A DNA stretch of 62,972 nucleotides, filler included, from Octopus bimaculoides (GCF_001194135.2; 5 parts of 5 records of this genome joined end to end with filler, not necessarily neighbours in it), one strand, 5' to 3'; shown: positions 27,672-41,919, numbered from the whole stretch's first letter. Numbers and translations: made by a program. The notes: generated by a model not told the origin, from the sequence alone.

Positions 27672-27747
<76 letters not shown>

Positions 27748-28002
27748 TTCTATATTTANNNNNNNNNNNNNNNNNNNNNNNNNNNNNNNNNNNNNNNNNN
27801 NNNNNNNNNNNNNNNNNNNNNNNNNNNNNNNNNNNNNNNNNNNNNNNNNNNNNNNNNNNNNNNNNNNNNNNNNNNNNNNNNATAGTCAATTTCAATATGA
27901 ACAAGCAAGATAAAAACAGGAAAAAACACGAAAAAACAGCGCGAGGATGTTGAATAAGTACAGTGTTATTAAACGCTCAGGAAAGGAAATAAAAGAAAGA
28001 GG

Positions 28003-28037
28003 ACTTAACGTTTCGATCGGAGATCTTCGTCAGAAAT
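28003..28037 (-). ncRNA. Minimal type I hammerhead ribozyme motif
   Basis: Reverse complement ATTT-CTGACGA-A-GATC TCC GATC-GAAA-CG-T-T-AAGT: intact core, 4-bp stem II, loopless ACGT palindromic stem III, stem I ATTT/AAGT. Confidence 0.6.
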
Positions 28038-29318
28038 ATAGGAAAAGTCCAAAGAAGGGAAGACAGAGAACGAAAATCGCCAACGATGCACACGCGGTCA
28101 CATATTGGAATATATATACATATACACATGTGTGTGTATGTTTGTGTGCATGAATGTATACGTATATGTATATATACTTACATGTGCATATGTACATGGA
28201 TATATATACATACTTATAAGTATGTATATGTGTTTGTGAGTGTGCGTGAAATATTGTTGGGAGAATGTTGTCCGATGACACCATTAGTATATTTTCACAT
28301 ATGATGTGTATGAGGAGATATGTCTGCCCAATGTATTTCATCTAACGTTCGAATGTACATAAGTGGGTTGAATATGACCGTACCAGCATGTGTTTTAATC
28401 AGTGTAGTTTTGGGTGAATTTAATTTATTTATTCCAGCGTCTTGAAACTTTACGCACGTCAGTAAATCTATTTGCTGTCGTTTTGTTAGAGCTGTGAAGG
28501 ACAGATTTTGTATTCGTAATTGAAACTGCTGAATCATCCATCGTCAGGAAAATGGAAGGGAACTACTGAGACACTGGTGTGTAAGTGGATAAAAATGGTC
28601 ATAGAACTCTACAAGAGAAGAGGTAGCTGTAAAACCATTCTTAAAACTGTGGCATCTGGGATATTCGAGGAAATAGGAATCACCTAGGAGCAATTGAAGA
28701 AAATTTCTGTGAAGAATATGGAAACGAGTAGCATTGAGAATAAAGCACTATGGATATTTATGAATAAAGCACTATATTTATGCGGGTGTGTGTGTATGTA
28801 CTTAGGTACGTACGTATATACATACATACATGCATACATACATGCATGCATATATACATACATATATACATACATACATGCATACATACATACATTGCGC
28901 ACCGTTCCGTGATGGTAAGATAAACAAAAAAAAGCACTCCATCTGCTGAGGTAATTATTATTTAATAAATACAATATATGATTTCATGTGCTACTATTAA
29001 TTTCATGTGATGAGTGCATGCCAGACAGTAATTTTTTAACACATCTGGTGTCCCAGAACAATCTTCAAGGACTGCACACATTGCATTTGTCAGAAGGGGT
29101 AGAGTGATTCAAATGCCGAGAGTTTCATGTGTTGGCACGTATTAAACAACTTCCAGATTGAAGGGTTGTAAATTTAAATACCACTGATAACAATATTTCT
29201 TTGGATGATTCTGGGTCGGATTATAAAAACAATTATAATATCACGTGGATATTTCATATTTTCCATCTCATTTGCGTGTTATGCCGTTCAATATGTAAAT
29301 AAAATCAGCAAATCACCA

Positions 29319-29362
<44 letters not shown>

Positions 29363-29753
29363 NNNNNNNNNNNNNNNNNNNNNNNNNNNNNNNNNNNNNN
29401 NNNNNNNNNNNNNNNNNNNNNNNNNNNNNNNNNNNNNNNNNNNNNNNNNNNNNNNNNNNNNNNNNNNNNNNNNNNNNNNNNNNNNNNNNNNNNNNNNNNN
29501 NNNNNNNNNNNNNNNNNNNNNNNNNNNNNNNNNNNNNNNNNNNNNNNNNNNNNNNNNNNNNNNNNNNNNNNNNNNNNNNNNNNNNNNNNNNNNNNNNNNN
29601 NNNNNNNNNNNNNNNNNNNNNNNNNNNNNNNNNNNNNNNNNNNNNNNNNNNNNNNNNNNNNNNNNNNNNNNNNNNNNNNNNNNNNNNNNNNNNNNNNNNN
29701 NNNNNNNNNNNNNNNNNNNNNNNNNNNNNNNNNNNNNNNNNNNNNNNNNNNNN

Positions 29754-29826
<73 letters not shown>

Positions 29827-30199
29827 ACACAGTGTTTATATGTGTATGCTTGCGTGTTCACCAATAGGTGTGTGGATATGTGATGTGTACTTAAGTTGTA
29901 CGATAAGAGAGTTATTGAAATCTGAAGCAGCCGACGTCGATAATGAATCAGAAAGACCGCCATCTTAAAAACACATCTAAGAACAAACTCGACCTCACGT
30001 CAGAGCCTCTTAATAAGCCGATACGTAAACAGAAATACATTCACATATACATAAACACTTAGATGCACACACATAAACGTATATGTATGTATCTGTATGC
30101 ATTTGGCTCAGTGGTTAGAGTGCCAGGTTCACAATCATGAGATAGTGAGTTCGATTTTGAACCGGTCTGTCTGTTGTGCTCTTCAGCACAACACACTTC

Positions 30200-30500
30200 T
30201 AGAAAGAGTCCTGAAACTAGCTGCACTGTGGACTGTCTCAAAGAAACGAACCTTCGATGGGTAGAATTTCGCTAGAGGTCCCCCAGAGCCATGTTTATTT
30301 CCAACCAGTTCTGTTATGCATTGGATAATGTTATCCTGGATAGACCTGCCATAAATGAAAGGAACGACGGTCAGGTAGCAACAAATACTCTTGTATATAT
30401 TCGCCGTCTCCATTCGAACATTCAAGTGTAGTCTTAAAGAGACTGGCCTCCTTGCGCCAACATTGTCCCAGTCCCTATTCACCTGAAGATCTGATCTGAA
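30200..30500 (-). mobile_element. Decayed L1/Tx1-like RT fragment
   Basis: RPVSL...PFIYGRSIQDNI...GGPLAKFYPSKVRF resembles RPISL...GRSIQDN...LDQSKAFDRV. Confidence 0.55.
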
Positions 30501-31149
30501 TTACACATCAAGTATATTAACAGAACTGTCAGATAAATTACCGGGATAATATTCTCTATATGGCCTCAGTCCACCAACAATGTTGTCTGGAATATATTTC
30601 AAATAAGTTTTGGAAATATGCAACTTGCTTCAGGTTTTTCAATCTGATTTTGACACCCATTTAATCTATATTTTGCTTCCAAACTGCCTATAAGTTGCTT
30701 ACTGGTGTCTGAATAACTGTGTGTAGGTGCGTACGCTTAGATGTGTGCTTGTGAGAATGCGAGCGTGTATAAACTATTTCATGCTGAAGTCACAATGTTA
30801 CAGGGCATCCACTGTAGCCGACCTACAACACTACCACTAACACTACATCCAATACCATGACCAACGGTACTAACAGCACAAAGACTAATTATCGACAACT
30901 TAGCCTTTCAGGACTTGCCTCATATATTCTTGACCATTTTCGATCTCTAACTCTACACAGGCGTATTATATTATCGTGCAAACAGGTCGTAGTGTGCGTT
31001 AGTCTGTAAGTACGGTAAACCTTATTGCATTCACTTCAGGTGTTGCCCTATTGTACTCATTTCTAATATCTATAAATTAATAGAAACACAAGCATTAACA
31101 ATGACATCCTTAAGGGCCTTCAATCTCTCCCCCTCCCTACTCTCTCTCT

Positions 31150-31480
31150 CCCATCAATGACGACCAGTCAGGCTTCTGCTAAACCAGATCCAGGTCACCT
31201 CTACCAATATTACCCACCAGTGGGTCCCAGCTGAGAGAAATTCGGTAAAAACATAGTCGTTAGACTTGATATAAGCAAAGCGGTTGCACGTGTTTAACGT
31301 CTATCGAAATTACCTGCTTCGGTCTCGATCCATTTCATATTTCGTGTTATCATAAGGCTCCAGTTCATTTTGCCCCCTTGCGGCGTGTTCCATCGGCGCC
31401 CTCTCTGACTCGCTCTCAATCAGCTATGGTCTGCCTCAAAGTTCGGTTTTGTCTCATTCCCTCTCCCCTTTTCGGTAAAC
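31150..31480 (+). mobile_element. Highly decayed LINE RT fragment (CR1/Jockey-like)
   Basis: INDDQSGF.., VVRLDISKAVARV, and a GLPQSSVLS-like motif across broken frames. Confidence 0.55.
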
Positions 31481-32010
31481 AAGAGGCCTATTTACTAACA
31501 CATTAAAAAAACAACCATTTTCATAAATGCGATACGATCCTTTATTCTGTTGAAATCTTTCCCAAGAATAAATGTTCTAACTAATCTCCGGTTGTTTGCT
31601 AACATCTCGTTAATAACATAAGCAAAAAACTATCTAGAATCTTGTCTAAATTAACGATTTCATAAATAATATATGACAGGATATTAGATTCAATGATAAG
31701 AATCCTTTCAGCTCAAAATGCTAAGAAAAACATTGTTTGATACTCCCGTTTCTAAGACCTCTGAAACTTGTGTAGAAGGTATAGTGGTATGTTCAAAACG
31801 GAAACCTTACCCGTATGCTTTCAAGAGAGACCCAAGAATTCTATAATATGGAGACTGGACACGCGAAATTCCCAGCAACGTTTCGAGCGAATTCAGCTTT
31901 CGACAAATAAAACCATTCATCAAAGAGTATTCTCTTAATTTTAATTCACAGCGGTGTGAAACCTCAATCATCACAATATATATATATATATACATGAAAA
32001 CATACAATAT

Positions 32011-32056
<46 letters not shown>

Positions 32057-32563
32057 ACACACACGTATGTACGCGTTTATATACATACATGCATATATAT
32101 ATATANNNNNNNNNNNNNNNNNNNNNNNNNNNNNNNNNNNNNNNNNNNNNNNNNNNNNNNNNNNNNNNNNNNNNNNNNNNNNNNNNNNNNNNNNNNNNNN
32201 NNNNNNNNNNNNNNNNNNNNNNNNNNNNNNNNNNNNNNNNNNNNNNNNNNNNNNNNNNNNNNNNNNNNNNNNNNNNNNNNNNNNNNNNNNNNNNNNNNNN
32301 NNNNNNNNNNNNNNNNNNNNNNNNNNNNNNNNNNNNNNNNNNNNNNNNNNNNNNNNNNNNNNNNNNNNNNNNNNNNNNNNNNNNNNNNNNNNNNNNNNNN
32401 NNNNNNNNNNNNNNNNNNNNNNNNNNNNNNNNNNNNNNNNNNNNNNNNNNNNNNNNNNNNNNNNNNNNNNNNNNNNNNNNNNNNNNNNNNNNNNNNNNNN
32501 NNNNNNNNNNNNNNNNNNNNNNNNNNNNNNNNNNNNNNNNNNNNNNNNNNNNNNNNNNNNNNN

Positions 32564-32596
<33 letters not shown>

Positions 32597-32625
32597 ATAC
32601 GTATGTATGTATGTGTGCATGTATA

Positions 32626-32698
<73 letters not shown>

Positions 32699-33273
32699 GT
32701 GTATGTTTGTTGTATGTATGTGTGTATGCACACTCGTACATACGTACATATATATCCGCATCGTATATCACATTTACCTCATTACCAGTCTGGGATATGG
32801 TCAAATGGTTGATAGAATCGCTAATTTACTGATCTGACTTCGCAAATTAAGCAGCGTCAATCTGTCTCGAAATACTATTGAGATGAATGTTTATTTCTCT
32901 TGTTAAGAATAGTCACAATCTATTAGTGATTGGATAATTTAGATTTGTAATTTACTATGTACTCTGCTAAACACTTCAAACTGTCCATTTACTGAAGATG
33001 TGATGTGATGTGATGCTACGTGGTGCGATGTTGTTGGGTTTCGAGATACGCTGTCTAATAGGAAATAATAGACTCATATCCTATAAATCTTTTACTGGTT
33101 CTGCTCATTGGATAGCAGACATGTCAGGGCTTTTTCCTTTGTCTCGAACTGCTGGATTACGAAGCTGTCAACAACCCAACATTCGTTGTCAATCGATGAG
33201 AAACACCAACATAAAGGTACTCAAACAAACACACACACACACGTATACACATATATCCCCACAGAATTATATA

Positions 33274-33326
<53 letters not shown>

Positions 33327-33377
33327 TTGTGTGTGCGCGCGCGTGTGAGTGTACATATATATATATATATAATTAAA

Positions 33378-33582
33378 TAGGTGCAGGTGTGGGTGTGTGG
33401 TAAAAATCTTGCTTTCCAACCACATGATTCCTGGTTCAGTCCTACTGTGTTGCACCTTGAGAAGTGTCCTCTACTATAGCCTCGGGTGGACAAAAGCCTT
33501 GTGAGTGGATTTGGTAGACGGATATATGTATATATGTATGTGTGTGGTACTCCAGCATGGTCGTAGTCAAATGACTGCAACC
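33378..33582 (+). mobile_element. SINE family B copy with central deletion
   Basis: Head taggtgcaggtgtgg...ggttcagtcc, joined via (TA/TG)n to tail gtactccagcatggtcgtagtcaaatgactg. Confidence 0.8.
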
Positions 33583-33789
33583 GGCAAAAGAATATATATA
33601 TATATTCGGGGTTCCAATCCCGCTCGGATAAACTCCAACTTTCAAGGATACAATGTATTGCTTTAATCCCCGAAGTTTCCGGCCTTGTAGCTTTCTTAGA
33701 AGCAATTATCTGATTTATGGTGTGATGACAGGGCAGAATTCCAGATGGAGTTCTGTAGCATGTTAAGAGAGCCTAATTTGATAGCATGT

Positions 33790-33811
33790 GCATTGTTGTT
33801 GTTGTTGTTGG

Positions 33812-33862
<51 letters not shown>

Positions 33863-34000
33863 AAGTAATGATGATGATGATTCTTCTGTTAGCGGTGATG
33901 ATGACGACAATGTCGATGATGATGATGATGATGATGATGATGACGATGATTATGATGATGAAAATGAGGCTGAGGAGGATGATGATAAGGAGGAGGAGGA
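33790..34000. repeat. (GTT)(GAT)(GGT) compound microsatellite
   Basis: Direct reading. Confidence 0.95.
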
Positions 34001-34127
34001 TCATCTACTGCAGGTTTTCCTTATGTCAGCAAGCCTATAACGGAAGACATTCCAGTCGTGATCATCCCCACCCTCTTTTTTTTTTTATTCGTACAATATA
34101 CCTAAGACTATATATTCTTTTCTACTC

Positions 34128-34290
34128 TTGGCACAACACCCGAAATTTTTGAGGGGAGGGGGAGCCAGTCGATTAGTTCGACTCCAGTATGCAAACGGCA
34201 CTTAATTTATCAACCCCGAAAGAATGAAGGGCAAAGTCGATCTCGGCGGAATTTGAACTCAGAACGTAAAGACAGACGAAATACCGCTAC
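34128..34290 (-). mobile_element. SINE family A copy
   Basis: ttggcacaacacccgaaattttt...gcaaagtcgatctcggcggaatttgaactcagaacgt. Confidence 0.85.
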
Positions 34291-34813
34291 GAATTTCGCT
34301 TTTCTAAGACTATATATTACAATGCCATGTATTAAAAGCGGCAGCTTTTGACTTTGAACAAGATGTAGCTACTCTTTCTTGCTGGCTAAAATACCACGTA
34401 ATGGCTACCTGGGTGGTTCGTTTGCCAATGTGTATAATAACGATAATAATAATAAGGTATAAAATATGTCGTAATCTCGAAGCATGAATAGTTGAAAGAA
34501 TGCAGACATTGATATCCTGATTAGCGGTTCGATCACCTCTCTTAAACTAAGTCCTAATTATACAGATATAAATCGCTGTATAAGGTTATGTGCTTCAATT
34601 GTTAAAACTGTGTGACAATAATAAGCTGTACGGAGATTTGTCAGCGGAATGAAAGCAAGTCTTCGCAGATTAGGGTATATTTACGTATATTTGCACACAG
34701 TGTCTATTTTCTGAATCGAATTTACATACCTCGCTAGATATATATACACAAGCATACAGGCACATGCATATATATATGCTTATATATATGCATATATACA
34801 TACATAAATTTAT

Positions 34814-34869
<56 letters not shown>

Positions 34870-34884
34870 AAGAGAGAGAGAGAA

Positions 34885-34928
<44 letters not shown>

Positions 34929-35032
34929 CGGCTGTGTCTGTGTATTTGTGTGTATGTATATGTGTGTGTGCGTCTGTGTGTGTGTGTATGTGTATTTGTG
35001 TGTGTGTATGCATGTGTGTGTTCATGTGTGTG

Positions 35033-35445
35033 TATAGGCGCAGGGCGTGGACTGTGTGGTAAAAAGCAGGCTTGGCAACCACATGGCTCCGGGTTCAATC
35101 CGACTGGGTGATAATTTGGGAAATGTCTCCTACTATAGCCACGGGCTGACCAAACCCTTGTGAGTCAATTTGTTAGATGAAAACTGTAAGAAACCCGCCG
35201 TACGTGTGTGTGTGTGTGAGTGTGTGTGCTTTTGTCCGTGTTTGTCCCCCACCGTCGTTTGACAACCGGCTTGATTTGCTTAACATTCCTGTAACATAGC
35301 GGTTCGGCAAAAACAGTCTATAGAATAACTACCAGGCTTTAAAAAAAATAGAGAAAATCGAGTACTGGTGGTGATTCATTCGACCAAACATTTCTTCAAG
35401 GCGGTGCCCCAGCAAGGCCGCAGTCTATAGACTGAAACCTGTAAA
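35033..35445 (+). mobile_element. SINE family B, full length
   Basis: ataggcgcagg.cgtgg.ctgtgtggt (A box), gggttcaatcc (B box), ttgggaaatgtctcctactatagcc CORE-like segment, internal (TG)n, tail caaggcggtgccccagca.ggccgcagtc..tgactgaaac. Confidence 0.85.
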
Positions 35446-36656
35446 ATATAAAAAGATATACAGATATACTTAGTTGCATATTCATACATAGAAACACAAA
35501 GAATGTAACTGATAAATAAATACGTTTCATGTCTTTTGGCCTGTTCGTTAGGACAACCATTCATAGACTAAACCAAGTACTCAAGAATGGGTGCGTGGTA
35601 AAGAAATTCGCTTGGCGACCACGTGGTTTGGGATTCAGGTCCGCTATTCAGCGCCTTGCGTTTTTCCTCTTTTATTTGTTCCCTGGCACTTGACAACCGG
35701 TGTTTGTTTGTTCGCCTCCCTTAACTTAACGCTACCAGAGATAAAAATAAGTATCAGCGTCGATATATAGGAGAAGGGTTCAGTTTATATTGGTTAGTGA
35801 CAAGGAAACTTTTGGCGCAAATCCAGCTTCCCTAAAGATCTATGGAAGAATGGATATATTTTTCCATAGACCAGCAACACCGACAACAGCCGCAACGGTT
35901 GTAGCATTAGCAAACGTGAGGTTCCAGATGTATGCGTACAATTATGTATTCATATATCTAGACATTCAGATAAGCATTACGGTTACCAGCATTGATTTTT
36001 TCCCTCATACCTATACATTCACACATACATATGTACATATATATGTATATGTATATATATGCGTGTGTGTGTCTGTCTGTCTGTCTGCATATATGTGTGC
36101 ATGAGGGACTTTCCCGTCGAAGATGGAGTATAAGAGTTCAGCTCTTGCCGAATGACCTGTACAAACGATTTGTTTATAGTGGTCAAATGTCCGTGTCGCA
36201 CATCAACTCACTCTTTCCATCAAATGGACGTTGTCTGAACTGGTGCACGGTGGACCACGTGTCAGGGGTCGAAGTGATCTCAGAGCAATGTGAGATGAAG
36301 TGTTTTACTCAAGAAAACAATGCACCTATATATATATATATATNNNNNNNNNNNNNNNNNNNNNNNNNNNNNNNNNNNNNNNNNNNNNNNNNNNNNNNNN
36401 NNNNNNNNNNNNNNNNNNNNNNNNNNNNNNNNNNNNNNNNNNNNNNNNNNNNNNNNNNNNNNNNNNNNNNNNNNNNNNNNNNNNNNNNNNNNNNNNNNNN
36501 NNNNNNNNNNNNNNNNNNNNNNNNNNNNNNNNNNNNNNNNNNNNNNNNNNNNNNNNNNNNNNNNNNNNNNNNNNNNNNNNNNNNNNNNNNNNNNNNNNNN
36601 NNNNNNNNNNNNNNNNNNNNNNNNNNNNNNNNNNNNNNNNNNNNNNNNNNNNNNNN

Positions 36657-36702
<46 letters not shown>

Positions 36703-37594
36703 CGAGAGAGAGAGAGAGAGAGAAGCGTTTATATAGGTATCTATAAATACCTATATATGTATGTGTGTGTGATGGGGTACGTATAGGAACGTGTGTCTAA
36801 ATATATGAATTTGCTTCGTCTGCATTTTCTCGAATTTTGAAGATTCTCTTGCGTTTTTCTTTTTATAAACCTGAATAGTATTTTTTCCTACGCGTGTATA
36901 CATGTGCGCGTGTGTATTTGCGCGTGAGCGTGTGAAGAAAATTATTCATTCCTTGAACTATGACAACTAATTTAATATTCCTAAGAAATATATATTTTTT
37001 GTTGTTATTTTGTTACATTTAATGTTCTATCTGCATCAATATTCTTCATTAGCAGTTCGATTCGGGTCACTGTGGGGTCTTTTCCTGAGTGCTGCTGTGA
37101 ACATGGAACCCAGCATGTTGTTTGGTCGGGTCGTCGGCCACTAAACTGCTCCCACCCTCCAATAAGCTTGCCTGGTGAGGAGGGTTACTAGAAACCCTGC
37201 AGGACTAAAAACCTGTCAAAAGGACGAATGAAACTAATATAGTTTCAAAGACCAATCTAGCAACAGCATTAGCCCCTCAGAAATTCCGGATCGGTGTCAG
37301 CCGTGCTGCAAGACCACAGGGGGTGAGGCATCCCCTTAGCTTTTGTTAAAACATGTCTCTAGAACCCACTTCAAATCCAGGCTATGTCTGCTGCGACAAT
37401 CGGCGAAAATTTGGTTTGCGAATCCTTTGCGACAGTCGACAATCGACAGTAAGATGAGCTGCTAGAGAACACATTTATCTGAAAGTGTCTAAGCATGTGA
37501 GCAGGGACCACATGTGAACATATATTCCCACTGAAACTTTGTTGGCCAGAGCCATCTCAACCTACCCGGGGTGAATTCTACCGCAAATACAAGT

Positions 37595-37982
37595 GTTGTT
37601 GTTGTTGGCACTCTGTCGCTTACGACGTCGAGGGTTCCAGTTGATCCGATGAACGGAACAGCCTGCTCGTGAAATTAACGTGCAAGTGGCTGAGCACTCC
37701 ACAGACACGTGTACCGTAACATAGATCTCTGGGATATTCAGCGGGACACAGTGTGACAAGGCTGGCCCTTTGAATTACAGGCACAACAGAAACAGGAAGT
37801 AAGAGTGAGAGAAAGTTGTGGTGAAAGAGTACAGCAGGGTTCGCCACCATCCATTGCCGGAGCTTCGTGGAGCCTTAGGTGTTTTCACTCAATAAACACT
37901 CACAACGCCCGGTCTGGGAATCGAAACCGCGATCCTATGACCGCGAGTCCGCTGCCCTAACCACTGGGACATTGCGCCTCCA
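37595..37982 (-). mobile_element. SINE family C, complete young copy with 16-bp TSD
   Basis: tRNA-like head (tgtcccagtgg A box, ggtttcgattccc B box, TCG loop), tail gagtgcc(aac)n; TSD taccgcaaatacaagt at 37579-37594 and 37983-37998. Confidence 0.92.
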
Positions 37983-38607
37983 TACCGCAAATACAAGTAT
38001 AAAAATCGCTTTCTACAACACCATGTTCCATAACCAAAATGCTTCTGCATAAATTTCAACAACTTGTAAGGACATATAATGAAAACCTCACACATTTTCC
38101 AGGGTGAAGGTATATGTTATACACCCAACTCCTACCCGACAGGACTTTTATTTCTTTTTATCAACCAAAAATAAGATCACATATTTAACCACGTTCGGAT
38201 TCGAACTCAAATCTTTACTGAATGCTTCAACGCGTTTCACTCGCAATTCTCCCGATTGTACCAACAAACAGCTATTTATTAAATATACGAATAATTTATA
38301 ATAATAGAATCTCTTTCCAAGACTTGACCTTATATTTGGCACAATCTAATGAATTTTATATACTGCTAAACTAAATAAAGAAATAAATTATCTATTAGTC
38401 TATCAGTGAGATGTTCAGACGTATTTTCATCGATTTATCGATCTTTATCAAATATAATTACGACATATTTCTATCAAATTTATTTGACAACTTATTGTGT
38501 TTTTTCAATTTTGAAAAACTTCCATATATTCTAAAGCGTCTTCGTAATGTATATCAAAATACTAGACACACTTAAGGATTTTGACATATGCATCTATCTA
38601 TCTCTAG

Positions 38608-38639
<32 letters not shown>

Positions 38640-39204
38640 GGGGGGGTATGTATATGAACGTACGTGTGTGCGTGTGTGTGTGTGTGTGTACATGAATCTA
38701 CCTGCGTATGGTCTGGGTTTTTGTGGCAGTATACGTGTGTAGAGTGCACTTATTTGTATATAGAAATGGAAATAAAATTTCTGTTAGGAGTGATTGCAAA
38801 ATTTGAACTATCACACTTTGGTTAATGGAAAAATTACTTTCTCTATAAATATAGCAAACAGCCAATTACAGCGACCGTTTGTTTATAGACTGAACGTCCA
38901 ACATAGGCTGAGGTCAGAGCTTTCGATATTAGCCAAGCTGATCAGATCGTAGAACACATGAAAATTCTATTAATAATAATGATTTCATTTATTTGCCACG
39001 AGGACCACAAATGAGAAACATTACACGAACAAATTAGAAAGACTTCCGCGGATTTACGTGGAATCAATTAGGAAAGAAGTGTGTATGGCGAAAGATGCAA
39101 AGAAAATGCGTCGAATGGGACAACCCAACATGGATAACAGCCCGTTCGGCGCTATCAAGGAACCCTGTACACGAATGATTATTCTACGACAGATGATTGC
39201 ATAC

Positions 39205-39241
<37 letters not shown>

Positions 39242-41084
39242 NNNNNNNNNNNNNNNNNNNNNNNNNNNNNNNNNNNNNNNNNNNNNNNNNNNNNNNNNNN
39301 NNNNNNNNNNNNNNNNNNNNNNNNNNNNNNNNNNNNNNNNNNNNNNNNNNNNNNNNNATATATGTATAAACATAATAAAGGGATCAGCAAACATTTGCTT
39401 CACCACATACCGAAGTTCAGAAATAGCAGCTAAAAAAGCTGAGACTCCAACAGATAGCATTACTTGTAACTCACAAAGGCAAACAAGAAGAAAAAAAAAT
39501 GAAAACTAACTATTCGAAGTTAATTATAGACGCGTTTCTGGATTATGAGCGATAACACTCCATTTCCTTCATCGGTATGATATTCTAGTTGTAAATTCGA
39601 CGGTGCTAGCAAATTGTGCATGCATGAACGAGTGAACATCATGCATCGGCACAACCTGAAAATACAACCGAACCTACATAGGCCAGCCAGTCCACTATTC
39701 TTCCTCAAGAAATTACCATGTGCGTCACAAGCAATACCGCAGAAAAATTTGCGGTTTACTATCAGGGAGTGAATAATTATTACAATTAAAAGGGTAAAGG
39801 TTTATCAATTTATTAATTTATTAATAAATCAACAATTAATAATTTTTACCAACGAATGGTTAGTTTTCAAGTTGAAAGGTCTTAAATCCACCATCATGCA
39901 AATACGCTTTATGATTATTTTCTTAAGCCTATAGAATTTTATTTGAGAGAGATTCTACTGCTGTTTCTAATAGTTTTACCAGCTTCTGCGAGGCTCGCTC
40001 CTTGGCTCGTAAATCGTGATATTTGTGTATTTGCTGTTAGGATGTCAATACGTATTTTAAAATCCCCTACATTTCTGATTTGTTCTATATTGACTTGGCA
40101 CTAAAATATACCAAACTGCAAAGCCGGTCATAAAAACCCTCATTAAGGTCAGCGATGGCTACCAACATTCCTGCAACTAGTACAGACTGATGTATCAAGA
40201 CAGGAACAGAAGAGATGTAAAGATCTAATGAATGACGTCTCACGTGGTAGCTTCCACTATAACGTTGCTAGTGATTTAGGACACAGAACTGCGGCAAATT
40301 AGATAGAAGCAAACACAATGTTTCCTCGGCCTAATCGAAGTAATGATATTTATTACCCATACACTACGAATTCGTTGTATTATATATGTACATAGATTCA
40401 GTGACATACACACATAAAGGCACAAACGATTATAGAAACAATTACACACACACACACACATATGGATACATGCGTGTGCATCTATATATGTATATGTATA
40501 TATATATANNNNNNNNNNNNNNNNNNNNNNNNNNNNNNNNNNNNNNNNNNNNTTAATTAATTAANNNNNNNNNNNNNNNNNNNNNNNNNNNNNNNNNNNN
40601 NNNNNNNNCAGGAGTTGTGAAGAACGAATTTGTACATAGTCTGTTTCTGAGAGCTATTCTATTGGCCCTCTGTCTAATCAGTGATTTAATTATGAACGTA
40701 GAAAGAAATTATACATTAATCCCTATTTTTGTAAGCAATTGTATCCGTAAAAATTTTATTTGCAGAGAGTAGAAATTGAAAGAAGATATATGAAATGGAG
40801 GTGTCTGCGCGCGCGCGCGTGCGTTATGTATATTTGTGGACGCAAATAAAAAATATTAATCCACCAATGCGATGTTGAGCACTCATTCTCATTGTTCGAT
40901 ACTAGTGCGTGTGTGTATAATTATACATGTATACATAAATACATACATACATACATACATATATACACATATAATTATACATATATACACGTGCGCGCAC
41001 ACACACACACACACATATATACATACATACATACATACATACATACATACATACATACATACATACATACATACATCTTATATA

Positions 41085-41280
41085 TATAAATGGCAATTTC
41101 TGTCTGTTACCATCACAGTTCCTAAACCATCGAACCGATATTCACGAAACTTTGCATACATGTTACACTAAAATCCAATTCAATAATAGGCTAAATGGAT
41201 TTCAATAAAATTCCAAAAATGTGCCCTCCAGGTGGGTTGGGTGAATCATATGATAAAATGAGAAGGGTGAAAAACGTATT
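41085..41280 (+). mobile_element. Helitron/Helentron-like non-autonomous fragment
   Basis: tatataaatggcaatttctgtctgt...gaaccgatattcacgaaactttgcatac pattern after a microsatellite. Confidence 0.35.
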
Positions 41281-41855
41281 AGTCGGAGGGAAACGAAGTA
41301 GCAGAGTGAGGGTGACTTATATCAGGGACGGCGAGTACAGCGTAATGTAAGCGGCAAATATTGAGTAGCAATGGAATGATAACGTTAGAACAGCTGTCAT
41401 ATACACGTGATGCTGCATACATATTTTCGTAAATACATAGATACAACACAGACACATAGACACCCACTCCTTACATATGCACATACCCCCCCCCCACACA
41501 CACACACATAGAAAGGTGGGTGTGAGGAATAGGTAGCTTTAAGGAGAGAGTTGGTAGGTGGCTTTTCTGGTGTCCATCGCAAAGGGACATTCACACACAG
41601 ATATGCACACACCCACAAACATACACACGCGCACACATACATGCATATACATACATACATACATACATATGTCTATTATACACCATTTTAAACTCGTGGT
41701 CACCTGTGTGTATCCGTACTNNNNNNNNNNNNNNNNNNNNNNNNNNNNNNNNNNNNNNNNNNNNNNNNNNNNNNNNNNNNNNNNNNNNNNNNNNNNNNNN
41801 NNNNNNNNNNNNNNNNNNNNNNNNNNNNNNNNNNNNNNNNNNNNNNNNNNNNNNN

Positions 41856-41889
<34 letters not shown>

Positions 41890-41919
41890 TGTCCTATAAT
41901 TGTCTGTCTTTCTACTTTT

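Noticed and set aside
37910-37981. tRNA-like sequence, also 55903-55975
   Set aside because: No acceptor stem closure; continues into SINE body and tail with TSD.
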